Source of the DNA: Candidatus Omnitrophota bacterium
GTDB taxonomy: Bacteria; Omnitrophota; Gorgyraeia; 1-14-0-20-64-10
Assembly: GCA_016196465.1 (NCBI GenBank)
Contig: JACPXR010000051.1
Span: 1 to 35,279, forward strand
DNA: 35,279 nucleotides
Reading direction: 5' to 3'
Positions within the stretch are counted from its first letter, which is position 1. The number at the start of each line of letters is the position of its first letter. The translations under genes were made by a program, and so were the position numbers. Positions 19,333 through 27,826 of this stretch are shown here, piece by piece. The notes below the pieces were generated by a model. That model made no database searches and was not told the origin of the DNA. It saw nothing but the letters and a program-made list of their open reading frames with translations.

Positions 19333-20486
19333 TGACTCCCCACCTCTCCGGACCGTGGCTCTTGGGGCTCCTCGCGGGAGGCACGATCTTCCTGGGGCTT
19401 CCGATCGCCCGCTTCAGCCGGGTCTCCTCCAAAACAAAGGCCTTTCTCAACGCCGTCTCCACCGGGATTCTGATCTTCCTCCTCGTGGAGATCACCGGAC
19501 ACTTGATCGAGGAGATCGAAGAGCTGGTCGAATCGGCGATCGGGTCGGGAGGAAACCTGAGCGCGGCGCTGCGCTATGGAGGGCTCTTTGCCCTCGGGTT
19601 CTCGGCGGGTCTGTTGAGTCTCGTCTACTTTGAGAAACGGTTTCTCGGCTCGATCAAGGACCAGGAGACAGCCCCGGCCAGAAAGGCAAAGCAGTTGGCG
19701 ATGATGATCGCCGTGGGCTTAGGGTTGCACAATCTCAGCGAGGGGTTGGCCATCGGGCAGGGGTATGTCGGCGGAGCGATGCAGCTGGCGTGGCTGATGG
19801 CGATCGGCTTCGCCCTTCACAACGCTACGGAGGGTTTTGGGATCGCAGCCCCTCTCTCCGGGCATCGGGCGAGCTGGGGGTTTCTCGGAACCGCGGGCTT
19901 GATCGCGGGAGGGCCCACGTTCCTCGGGACCCTCATCGGAAGCGGGTGGACGAACAAGTCAGTCGAGATCTTCTGTCTGGCGCTGGCGGCCGGAACGATC
20001 CTCTACATCATCGGGGAGCTGCTTCACCTGGGCCGGCTCCTGAAAGGGGAGGCGATCGTGGAGATGGGGCTCTTGGTGGGGTTCTTCGTCGCCATGGCCT
20101 CGGACTTCACCATCTCCGCGGCGATGGAGATGAACGCCCCCCACGCCCCCCGCCACGGCGGCTATTTCGGGGACGCCAACGACCTCTACCACTATGAACT
20201 GATCCCCGGGACCGACAACCGGCTCCTCCTGTACGTCAACGATCAGATGAACCGGCCTCTCGAGGCCTCGACCCTCCAGGGCCGCTGGACCCTGAACCCG
20301 GACTCCAGCGCCCCCACGATGGGCTTCTTTACCCCCTCCAGGGAAGGAAACTTCCTCGTGGGGGAGCTTCCGGGAAACTTCCGGAACGACCCCATCCACG
20401 TGAGGGTCGAGGTCCTCAAAGGAACCGCTTGGGCCCCCATGGAATTTTACGTCCCCCGCAAATCAAGCAAGTCTCCGGAAAAGTAA
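19332..20486 (+). CDS. ZIP/ZupT-family divalent metal permease with an extra C-terminal soluble His-motif domain
   Basis: GLHNLSEG and ALHNATEG transport-site motifs and about 8 TMs, followed by a ~120-aa hydrophilic tail with HAPRHGG...YHYEL. Confidence 0.88.
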   Translation: MTPHLSGPWLLGLLAGGTIFLGLPIARFSRVSSKTKAFLNAVSTGILIFLLVEITGHLIEEIEELVESAIGSGGNLSAALRYGGLFALGFSAGLLSLVYFEKRFLGSIKDQETAPARKAKQLAMMIAVGLGLHNLSEGLAIGQGYVGGAMQLAWLMAIGFALHNATEGFGIAAPLSGHRASWGFLGTAGLIAGGPTFLGTLIGSGWTNKSVEIFCLALAAGTILYIIGELLHLGRLLKGEAIVEMGLLVGFFVAMASDFTISAAMEMNAPHAPRHGGYFGDANDLYHYELIPGTDNRLLLYVNDQMNRPLEASTLQGRWTLNPDSSAPTMGFFTPSREGNFLVGELPGNFRNDPIHVRVEVLKGTAWAPMEFYVPRKSSKSPEK

Positions 20487-20489
20487 TCC

Positions 20490-20517
20490 TTGAATTTTAG
20501 GTAGGTCTTGCTACACT
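20490..20517 (+). promoter_or_regulatory. Promoter for rplM-rpsI (TTGAAT-16-TACACT, with extended TG)
   Basis: TTGAAT at 20490-20495; TGcTACACT at 20509-20517; ATG at 20529. Confidence 0.65.
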
Positions 20518-20528
20518 AAAGGTTTACG

Positions 20529-20963
20529 ATGCTGAGAACAAAAACCTTTCAAATCAGAGTGGAAGAGGTCTCCAGGCAGTGGCACTTGGTGGATGCCGAG
20601 GGGAAGATTCTGGGCCGTTTGGCGACCCAGGTGGCCGTCCTTCTAAGGGGCAAGCAGAAGCCGGTCTTCACCCCCTCGGTGGACTGTGGGGACGGGGTCG
20701 TCGTCATCAACGCTGAAAAGATCCGGGTGACGGGGACGAAGCTCGAGACCAAGATCTACCGACGCTTCTCCGGTTACCCGAGCGGCCTGAAAGAGGAGCC
20801 CTTAGGGTCCCTCCTCAGCCGCCGGCCGACGGAAGCGGTCCGCCGAGCGGTCATCGGGATGCTCCCCTCCAACCCTCTCGGACGGCAGGTGGCCAAGCGG
20901 CTGAAGGTGTACGCCGGAGCCCAGCATCCCCACGCCGCCCAGCTGAAAGGGGCCTCCTCATGA
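20529..20963 (+). CDS. rplM: 50S ribosomal protein L13
   Basis: W.LVDA.G.ILGRLA, LRGK.KP.FTP..DCGD and LKVYAG..HPH.AQ. Confidence 0.98.
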   Translation: MLRTKTFQIRVEEVSRQWHLVDAEGKILGRLATQVAVLLRGKQKPVFTPSVDCGDGVVVINAEKIRVTGTKLETKIYRRFSGYPSGLKEEPLGSLLSRRPTEAVRRAVIGMLPSNPLGRQVAKRLKVYAGAQHPHAAQLKGASS

Positions 20964-21337
20964 TCACGACGGGCAGAAGGAAAGAGGCGGTCGCCCGGGT
21001 GAGCCTAAAGGCCGGCAAAGGCCAGATCCTGGTGAACGGGCGCAGCTTAACCGACTATTTCCCACGAATCTCTTTGCAGACTCTGGTTCGCGAACCCCTG
21101 GAAGCCACCCAGGCCGCGGACCGGTTTGATTGTGTCGCTCAGGTGGCAGGTGGAGGCCTCACCGGCCAAGCCGGCGCTCTGCGCCACGGCCTGGCAAGGG
21201 CCCTGTGCGCCGCTGACGATTCCTTGAAAGCCGTTCTGCGCAAGTCCGGATTCCTCACCCGGGATTCCCGGGTGAGGGAACGGAAGAAATACGGCCAGAA
21301 GGGCGCTCGGAAGCGGTTCCAGTGGACCAAGCGTTAA
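20960..21337 (+). CDS. rpsI: 30S ribosomal protein S9
   Basis: TGRRK.AVARV, GGG..GQAGA.RHG and ERKKYG...ARK.FQ..KR. Confidence 0.98.
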   Translation: MITTGRRKEAVARVSLKAGKGQILVNGRSLTDYFPRISLQTLVREPLEATQAADRFDCVAQVAGGGLTGQAGALRHGLARALCAADDSLKAVLRKSGFLTRDSRVRERKKYGQKGARKRFQWTKR

Positions 21338-21352
21338 CCAGCTCTTAACACC

Positions 21353-21427
21353 GGCCTATTCTTCCTAAGAAACGAGTCGTCTTCAAAAGGGCTCTGTGGA
21401 AGAGGAAGGGTAGGTTGTTTTCTTTTT
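21353..21427 (+). terminator. Terminator/attenuator-like stem with T-rich tail between rpsI and argC
   Basis: cctattcttcc (21355-21365) pairs with ggaagggtagg (21404-21414), giving 11 bp including 2 G-U, and a T-rich run follows. The loop is unusually large. Confidence 0.5.
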
Positions 21428-21433
21428 AAGAGG

Positions 21434-22468
21434 ATGAACATCCAAGCGGGAATCATCGGGGTCACCGGTTACGCCGGCAGCGAGCTTCTTCGAATTCTCC
21501 TCCGGCATGAGGGGATTTCTGTCCGGTACCTGGGGAGCCGACGGCTCCTCTCTCCGAAGCCGCTGGGGGAGCTCCTCCCCTCTTTCAGGGGGACCTCCGC
21601 GCTTGTGGTTCGCCCTTTCCGGCTGAAGGAGGCCCTCGAGGCCTGCGACGTTCTGTTTCTGGCCCTTCCCCATGGAACCGCCATGAAATTGGTCCCCCAG
21701 ATCTTCCGGAAGAAGTCCATCAAAGTGGTGGACTTCAGCGGCGACTTCCGCCTGGCCTCGAAGGCCTCATTCCGGAAGGCGTATCATCTTGGCCACTGCG
21801 CTTCCGCTCTCCTCAAAGAAGCGGTCTACGGACTCCCCGAGTGGAACCGGGAAGCGATCCGCTCCGCCCGCCTGGTGGCCAACCCCGGCTGCTACCCGAC
21901 CGCCGCGCTTCTGGCGCTGGCCCCGCTGGCTGTGGCGGGGCTTCTCGCCTCCGAGGGGCTCGTCGTCGACGCCAAGTCCGGCTTGACCGGCGCGGGCCGC
22001 TCCTTGAGAGAAGATCTGCTTTTTTCGGAGGTCAACGAGGATGTAAGGGCCTACCGGGTGAACCAACATCAGCACATGCCGGAAATGGAGCAAGAGCTCC
22101 GCCGGATGAACGGACGAAAAGTTCAGCTCACCTTTGTCCCGCACCTGGTGCCTCTCGACCGGGGGCTTTACGCGACGGTCTACGCGCCGCTGACCAAGGC
22201 CCTCACCGAGAAAGGCCTGCGCTCCCTCTACCGGAGGGCCTACGAAAAGGAACCGTTCATCCAGCTCCTTCCCGAAGAGGCCTGGCCTCAGGCCAAGTCG
22301 GTGGCGGGTTCCAACCGCTGCGAAATCGGGCTGCGCCTCGCCCCGGGAGGAAAGAGAGTGATCCTCCTTTCGGCCATCGACAACCTCGGCAAGGGGGCCG
22401 CCGGGCAGGCGGTCCAGAACATGAATCTCCTCTTCGATCTGGAGGAAACCCAAGGGCTCCTTCCATGA
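21434..22468 (+). CDS. argC: N-acetyl-gamma-glutamyl-phosphate reductase
   Basis: G.TGYAG.EL, ALPHG, ANPGCYPT, SG.TGAGR and IDNLGKGAAGQAVQNMN. Confidence 0.97.
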   Translation: MNIQAGIIGVTGYAGSELLRILLRHEGISVRYLGSRRLLSPKPLGELLPSFRGTSALVVRPFRLKEALEACDVLFLALPHGTAMKLVPQIFRKKSIKVVDFSGDFRLASKASFRKAYHLGHCASALLKEAVYGLPEWNREAIRSARLVANPGCYPTAALLALAPLAVAGLLASEGLVVDAKSGLTGAGRSLREDLLFSEVNEDVRAYRVNQHQHMPEMEQELRRMNGRKVQLTFVPHLVPLDRGLYATVYAPLTKALTEKGLRSLYRRAYEKEPFIQLLPEEAWPQAKSVAGSNRCEIGLRLAPGGKRVILLSAIDNLGKGAAGQAVQNMNLLFDLEETQGLLP

Positions 22469-23667
22469 CCGCGGTGGTGGGAGGGGTCACGGCCCCCCAG
22501 GGATTCCTCGCCTCCGGGGTCCCCTGCGGCATCAAGCGGCGGGGGAAAGATCTGGCCCTCATCATCTCCAAAAAACCGGCCGCGGCGGCCGGGGCCCTCA
22601 CCCAGAACGAGGTCAAGGCCTCCTGCGTGGACTGGGCCCGCAAGGTCCTCGAGGGGGGCAGGGCCCGAGCCCTGCTGGCCAACAGCGGCAACGCGAACTG
22701 CTGCACCGGCAGGCGGGGAGAAAGGGACACCCGCTCGATGGCGCGGCTGTTGGCGCAGAAACTGGGCATTCCTTCCGACCAAATCCTCGTCGCCTCCACA
22801 GGGATCATCGGCCAATTCCTCCCGATGGAACGGGTCAAAAAAGGAATCGGGCAGGCGGTCCGGCGTTTGACCCTTCACGGCTCCCACACCGCCGCGGAGG
22901 CGATCCTCACCACCGACACCCGGCCGAAGGAACTGGCTGTCCGGTTCAGGGCGGGAAACCGCTGGGTCACGATCGGCGGCATCGCCAAGGGCTCCGGCAT
23001 GGTCTCGCCTCACATGGCCACGATGCTCGCTTTCCTCACCACCGACGCCGACATCTCCCTGGCCGCCTTGAGGTCCGCCCTCAGGATCTGTGTGGGGGAG
23101 ACCTTCAACGCCATCACCGTGGACGGGGAGATGTCCACCAACGACATGGTCCTCCTCCTGGCCAACGGGGCCGCCGGCAACCTCCGGATCGTCGGGCCAA
23201 CCGGGACTTCCTACCAGGCGTTCCTCGCCGCCTTAAAGAAGGTCTGCCGGTACCTGGCCCATGAAATCGTCCGGGACGGGGAGGGGGTGACCCGTCTGAT
23301 GAGAGTCCGGGTCACCGGGGCCTCCAGTCTGGAGGCCGCGGCGAAAGTGGCCCGGCAGGTGGCCCAATCCCTGCTCGTGAAGACGATGGTGGCCGGGCGG
23401 GATCCCAACTGGGGACGGATCGCCTCCGCCGCCGGCGCCTCGGGCGTCCCCGTGAAGCCGGGAAAGCTCACCATCCGGCTGGGGAAAAGGACCGTCTTCC
23501 GATGGGGGGAGCCGATCCGGCTGCCGAGGGAGGAACTCCTTGAGACGGTGGATCCTCCGGAAGTCCAGATCGGAATCGACCTGGCTTCGGGGAGGCACTC
23601 GGCCGAAATCTTAAGCGGTGATCTCACCGAAGGGTACATTCGGATCAATGCCAAGTACACGACTTAA
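22465..23667 (+). CDS. argJ: Bifunctional glutamate N-acetyltransferase / ornithine acetyltransferase
   Basis: ATGA overlap start. NSGNANCCTG, STGIIG, KGSGM..P.MATML, STND, DGEG, DPNWGRI and IN..YTT motifs. Confidence 0.97.
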   Translation: MTAVVGGVTAPQGFLASGVPCGIKRRGKDLALIISKKPAAAAGALTQNEVKASCVDWARKVLEGGRARALLANSGNANCCTGRRGERDTRSMARLLAQKLGIPSDQILVASTGIIGQFLPMERVKKGIGQAVRRLTLHGSHTAAEAILTTDTRPKELAVRFRAGNRWVTIGGIAKGSGMVSPHMATMLAFLTTDADISLAALRSALRICVGETFNAITVDGEMSTNDMVLLLANGAAGNLRIVGPTGTSYQAFLAALKKVCRYLAHEIVRDGEGVTRLMRVRVTGASSLEAAAKVARQVAQSLLVKTMVAGRDPNWGRIASAAGASGVPVKPGKLTIRLGKRTVFRWGEPIRLPREELLETVDPPEVQIGIDLASGRHSAEILSGDLTEGYIRINAKYTT

Positions 23668-24544
23668 ATCGAATCTCCGGTTTCCCAGGGAGGTGATCCA
23701 AAAGGCGGACGTCCTCCTGGAGGCGCTCCCGTACCTGCAGGCCTTCCGGGGGAAAACCTTCGTGATCAAGTACGGCGGTTCCGCCCTGTCGGACCCCCTG
23801 AAGCGGAGAAACATTCTCCAGGACATCGTCTTCCTGAGCATCGCCGGGATCCGGCCGGTCCTGGTGCACGGAGGGGGGGCGGAGATTTCACGGGCCATGT
23901 CCCACTGGGGAAAAGCGCCCCGGTTCGTCCAGGGGTTGCGGGTGACCAACGCCGCCACGCTGGCGCTCGTCATCCGCGCTCTCCTGAAGGTGAACCGCCT
24001 CTTGACTGGTGAACTGCGCTCCCTGGGGGCCAGGGCCCAGGGGCTAAACGGCTTCGAGGGGGGCTTGATCCGGGCGGAGCGGTACACCCTCGCCGGAGAA
24101 GAGCTCGGATTTGTCGGAAAAGTCACCGACATTCACCCGGGGCCTGTCCAGCGGCTCAACGCCCTCGGGGTGATCCCCGTCGTGATGCCGGTGGGGACCG
24201 GCTGGGATCATCAGCGCTACAACATCAACGCCGACGAGGCGGCCGCGGCGCTCGCCGCCGCCCTGAAGGCGGAAAAGTTCGTCCTGGTCACCGACGTCCC
24301 GGGGATCATGAGAAATCCGAACCATCCCAAGAGTCTCGTCTCCACCCTCAGCATCCGGCAAGCGCAGGAGTGGACGAGGCGGGGAATCCTCCACGGGGGG
24401 ATGATCCCCAAGACCAAGGCCTGCATCCACGCCCTCCAGGGGGGGGTGGGGAAAACCCACATGGTCGATGTGGCGGTTCCCCACGGGCTCCTCCTGGAAA
24501 TTTTCACCGACCGAGGGATCGGAACGGAGATTGTCCGAAAATGA
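23648..24544 (+). CDS. argB: Acetylglutamate kinase (start uncertain)
   Basis: LEALPYL..F.GK.FVIKYGG, VHGGG, GLRVT, NINAD and GGMIPK. Confidence 0.95.
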   Translation: MPSTRLKSNLRFPREVIQKADVLLEALPYLQAFRGKTFVIKYGGSALSDPLKRRNILQDIVFLSIAGIRPVLVHGGGAEISRAMSHWGKAPRFVQGLRVTNAATLALVIRALLKVNRLLTGELRSLGARAQGLNGFEGGLIRAERYTLAGEELGFVGKVTDIHPGPVQRLNALGVIPVVMPVGTGWDHQRYNINADEAAAALAAALKAEKFVLVTDVPGIMRNPNHPKSLVSTLSIRQAQEWTRRGILHGGMIPKTKACIHALQGGVGKTHMVDVAVPHGLLLEIFTDRGIGTEIVRK

Positions 24545-25725
24545 GAACGGCGGACATCGAGAAACTGTATGAGCAATATGTGATCCCGGTCTACAACCGG
24601 AACGGGATCTGTGTGGCCCGCGGCTCGGGCTCCTGGGTCTGGGACCAGGAGGGGAAACGCTACCTGGACCTCTTCCCGGGGTGGGGGGTCAACATTCTGG
24701 GGCACTGCCACCCCCTTCTCGTCAAGGCGGTCCAGAGCCAGGCCAAGCGCCTCCTCCACGTCCCCAACACCTTTTACCACCAGCCCCAGGCGGAACTGGC
24801 CAGGGAGCTCATCGCCTTAAGCTTCAAGGGAAAAGCGTTCTTCTCCAATTCCGGCGCCGAATCGGTGGAGGCGGCGATCAAGCTGGCCCGGAAATTCGGA
24901 AACCCCGGCCGATGGGAGATCCTCACCATGGAGGGATCTTTCCACGGCCGCACGATGGCAGCCCTGGCCGCCACCGGCCAGGCCAAATACCACCGGGGGT
25001 TCGAACCGATCCCTCCGGGATTCCGGCACGTTCCCTTCAACGACCTGGAGGCCCTCCGGCGGGCGCTGCGCCCGGAGACGGTCGCCGTCATGGTGGAGCC
25101 GATCCAGGGAGAGGGGGGCGTTTTTGTGGGGGAAGAGGGTTATCTTCGAGGGCTCCGGAAGCTCTGCGACGAAGAGAAGCTCCTTTTGATCCTCGATGAG
25201 ATCACGACCTGCATGGGGAGGACCGGAACCTTCTTCGCCTTTGAGCCCTACGGCATCACCCCGGACATCGTTCTCCTGGCCAAGGGAGCCGCCGGCGGCC
25301 TCCCCCTTGGGGTCATGATCGCCAGAGAGGGGATCTCTGACCTCTGGGAGAAAGCGACCCATGCCACCACCTTCGGCGGAAACCCCCTCGTCACGGCGGC
25401 GGGGCTGTGCACCATCGAAATCATCCGGAAGGAGAAGCTCCTGGCCCATGTCCGAAGGGAGGGGAGGGTCCTTCTTGAAAAACTCGCGGCCCTCCAGAAA
25501 AAGCACCCGGTGATCCGGGAGATCCGGGGAAGGGGGTTCATGATCGGACTCGAGCTGGAAACGCCGGGGGCCCCCATCGTGAAGGCCGCCCTCCACCGGG
25601 GGCTCCTCATCAACTGCACCCAGGAGCGGATCCTGCGGTTTTATCCGGCCCTCAACGTGACCCGGGCCGAGCTGGAGCAGGGGATCAAAATCCTGGACCA
25701 GGCCTTGAGGGAGGCGGTTCCATGA
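24541..25725 (+). CDS. argD: Acetylornithine aminotransferase (class III PLP)
   Basis: NSGAES.EAA.K.AR, SFHGRT, EPIQGEGG, AKG..GG and TTFGGNPL; located within the arg cluster. Confidence 0.94.
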   Translation: MRTADIEKLYEQYVIPVYNRNGICVARGSGSWVWDQEGKRYLDLFPGWGVNILGHCHPLLVKAVQSQAKRLLHVPNTFYHQPQAELARELIALSFKGKAFFSNSGAESVEAAIKLARKFGNPGRWEILTMEGSFHGRTMAALAATGQAKYHRGFEPIPPGFRHVPFNDLEALRRALRPETVAVMVEPIQGEGGVFVGEEGYLRGLRKLCDEEKLLLILDEITTCMGRTGTFFAFEPYGITPDIVLLAKGAAGGLPLGVMIAREGISDLWEKATHATTFGGNPLVTAAGLCTIEIIRKEKLLAHVRREGRVLLEKLAALQKKHPVIREIRGRGFMIGLELETPGAPIVKAALHRGLLINCTQERILRFYPALNVTRAELEQGIKILDQALREAVP

Positions 25726-26636
25726 ACCGGCGGCATCTCCTTTCCATCCAAGATCTCCAGGCGGCCGACATCGAGCGGCTTTTCCAATCGGCCCGGCGGC
25801 TGAAGCGGACCTCCGTCCAAAAGCGTCCCCTGTCCGGAAAAACCCTGGGGCTTCTTTTTCAAAAACCCTCCCTCCGGACCCGGGTCTCCTTCGAGGTGGG
25901 GATGTCACAGCTGGGGGGGCAAAGCCTGTACGTGGGGCCTGTAGAGCTGGAGCAGGGGCGGAGGGAATCGCCGAAGGACCTCGCCCAGGTCCTCTCCCGG
26001 TACCTGCAGGGGCTCGTGGTGAGAACCTTCTCGCACAAGGAAGCGGAGGAGATCTGTCGGTGGTCGAAGATCCCGGTGATCAACGGCCTCTCCGACCTTC
26101 ACCATCCCTGCCAGGCCTTGAGCGACCTGTTCACAGTGCAGGAGAAGCTCCATCGCCTTCGGGGGGTCCGGATCGCCTATGTCGGGGACGGGAACAACGT
26201 CTGCCACTCCCTCATGGAAGGATCAGCCCTCATGGGGATCCATCTGGCCATCGCCACCCCGAAGGGGTATCGGCCCGATCCAAAAATCGTCCGGGGGTCG
26301 CTGGCCGCGGCAAAACGCTCCGGAGGGACCCTCCGTCTCGGGAACGACCCGGGGAAGGCGGTTCATGGCGCCTGGATCGTCTACACCGACGTCTGGACCA
26401 GCATGGGCCAGGAAAGTGAGCGGGGCCTCCGGAAAAAACTGTTTCGCCCCTACCAGGTGAACCGCAGACTGATGAGCCGGGCCGAACCGGGGGCTTACTT
26501 CATGCACTGCCTTCCCGCCCATCGGGGGGAAGAGGTCACCGATGAGATCATGGACAGCCAACGTTCGATCGTTTATGATCAAGCGGAGAATCGGCTTCAT
26601 GTCCAGAAGGCGATTCTCCTGGCGCTCCTCAAATGA
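25722..26636 (+). CDS. argF: Ornithine carbamoyltransferase
   Basis: KPSLRTR.SF, HPCQ, GDGNNV, DVW.SMG, HCLP and QAENR. Confidence 0.97.
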   Translation: MNRRHLLSIQDLQAADIERLFQSARRLKRTSVQKRPLSGKTLGLLFQKPSLRTRVSFEVGMSQLGGQSLYVGPVELEQGRRESPKDLAQVLSRYLQGLVVRTFSHKEAEEICRWSKIPVINGLSDLHHPCQALSDLFTVQEKLHRLRGVRIAYVGDGNNVCHSLMEGSALMGIHLAIATPKGYRPDPKIVRGSLAAAKRSGGTLRLGNDPGKAVHGAWIVYTDVWTSMGQESERGLRKKLFRPYQVNRRLMSRAEPGAYFMHCLPAHRGEEVTDEIMDSQRSIVYDQAENRLHVQKAILLALLK

Positions 26637-27826
26637 GAAAAGACAAAGAGAAAGTGATCCTGGCCTACTCGGGGGGTCTCGACACCTCCGTCTGCATCCA
26701 TTGGCTTCGAAAAAGGGGCTTCCGGGTCTTCGCCTTCTGCGCCGACGTGGGGCAGGGGGAAGATTTTCGGCCGATCCGGAAACGGGCCCTTGCCTGCGGG
26801 GCGGAGCGGGTGATCCTCCGGGACTTGAGAACCCCCTTCATCCAGGAATACATCCTCCCCGCTCTCAAGGCGGGGGCCGTCTACGAGGGGAAATACCTTC
26901 TGGGCACCGCCCTTTCCAGGCCGCTCATCGCCGAGGCACTGGCGGAATGCGCCCGGCGGGAGGGGGCTGGGGCGGTCGCTCACGGCTGCACCGGCAAGGG
27001 AAACGACCAAGTCCGCCTGGAAGTCTCCTTGAAGATCCTGGCGCCTCATCTGAAAGTACTGGCCCCGGTCCGGGAATGGGAGTTGAAATCCAGAGGAGAG
27101 GAGATCCGCTACGCCCAAAGACACAAGCTCCCGATCGCCAGGAAATCGGAATCCCGCTTCTCCATCGATCAGAACCTCTGGGGCGTTTCCATTGAAAGCG
27201 GCCCCCTGGAGGATCCCTGGAAGGAACCCCCTTCCGCCGCGTACCGGTGGACGAAAGATCCCGCCCGGGCACCCTCGAAGGCCGAGCGGGTGACGGTTGA
27301 ATTCGTGAAGGGGGTCCCCGTGGCCTTGAACGGAAAACGCCTCTCCGCGGGGTCCCTGATCCAAAGACTGAACCTCCTGGGGGCCCGGCACGGGATCGGA
27401 AGGGCCGATCTCATTGAGGACCGGCTGGTGGGGATCAAATCCCACGAGGTGTACGAGGCGCCGGCGGCCACGCTTCTTCATGCCGCCCACCGGGAATTGG
27501 AACAGCTGACCCTGGACCGGGAACTTCTCGCCTTCAAGGAGCTGATTTCGCAGCGCTACGCCCGGATGATTTACGATGGGCTCTGGTTTACCCCCCTCAA
27601 ATCGGCCCTGGAGGCCTTCGTCGAGGAGACCCAGCGCTTTGTGACAGGCAGGGTCCGCCTCAGGCTCTACAAGGGAAACGCCGCGGCCGTAGGCCGGGCC
27701 TCGAGGCATTCCCTCTACTCAAAATCCCTGGCCACTTACGCCTCAAGCGACCGGTTCGACCCGCGGTGGGCCGAAGGGTTCATCACCCTCTGGGGCTTGC
27801 CTTACCTCCGGAGGCGGGCGCGATGA
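26633..27826 (+). CDS. argG: Argininosuccinate synthase
   Basis: AYSGGLDTS, HGCTGKGNDQVR and SIDQNLWG.S.E. Confidence 0.97.
   Translation: MRKDKEKVILAYSGGLDTSVCIHWLRKRGFRVFAFCADVGQGEDFRPIRKRALACGAERVILRDLRTPFIQEYILPALKAGAVYEGKYLLGTALSRPLIAEALAECARREGAGAVAHGCTGKGNDQVRLEVSLKILAPHLKVLAPVREWELKSRGEEIRYAQRHKLPIARKSESRFSIDQNLWGVSIESGPLEDPWKEPPSAAYRWTKDPARAPSKAERVTVEFVKGVPVALNGKRLSAGSLIQRLNLLGARHGIGRADLIEDRLVGIKSHEVYEAPAATLLHAAHRELEQLTLDRELLAFKELISQRYARMIYDGLWFTPLKSALEAFVEETQRFVTGRVRLRLYKGNAAAVGRASRHSLYSKSLATYASSDRFDPRWAEGFITLWGLPYLRRRAR

Noticed and set aside
17722-20528. Metal cassette as a mobile element
   Set aside because: No integrase or transposase, terminal repeats or tRNA target. The shared 'aagcaag' near both ends is too short to call an att site.
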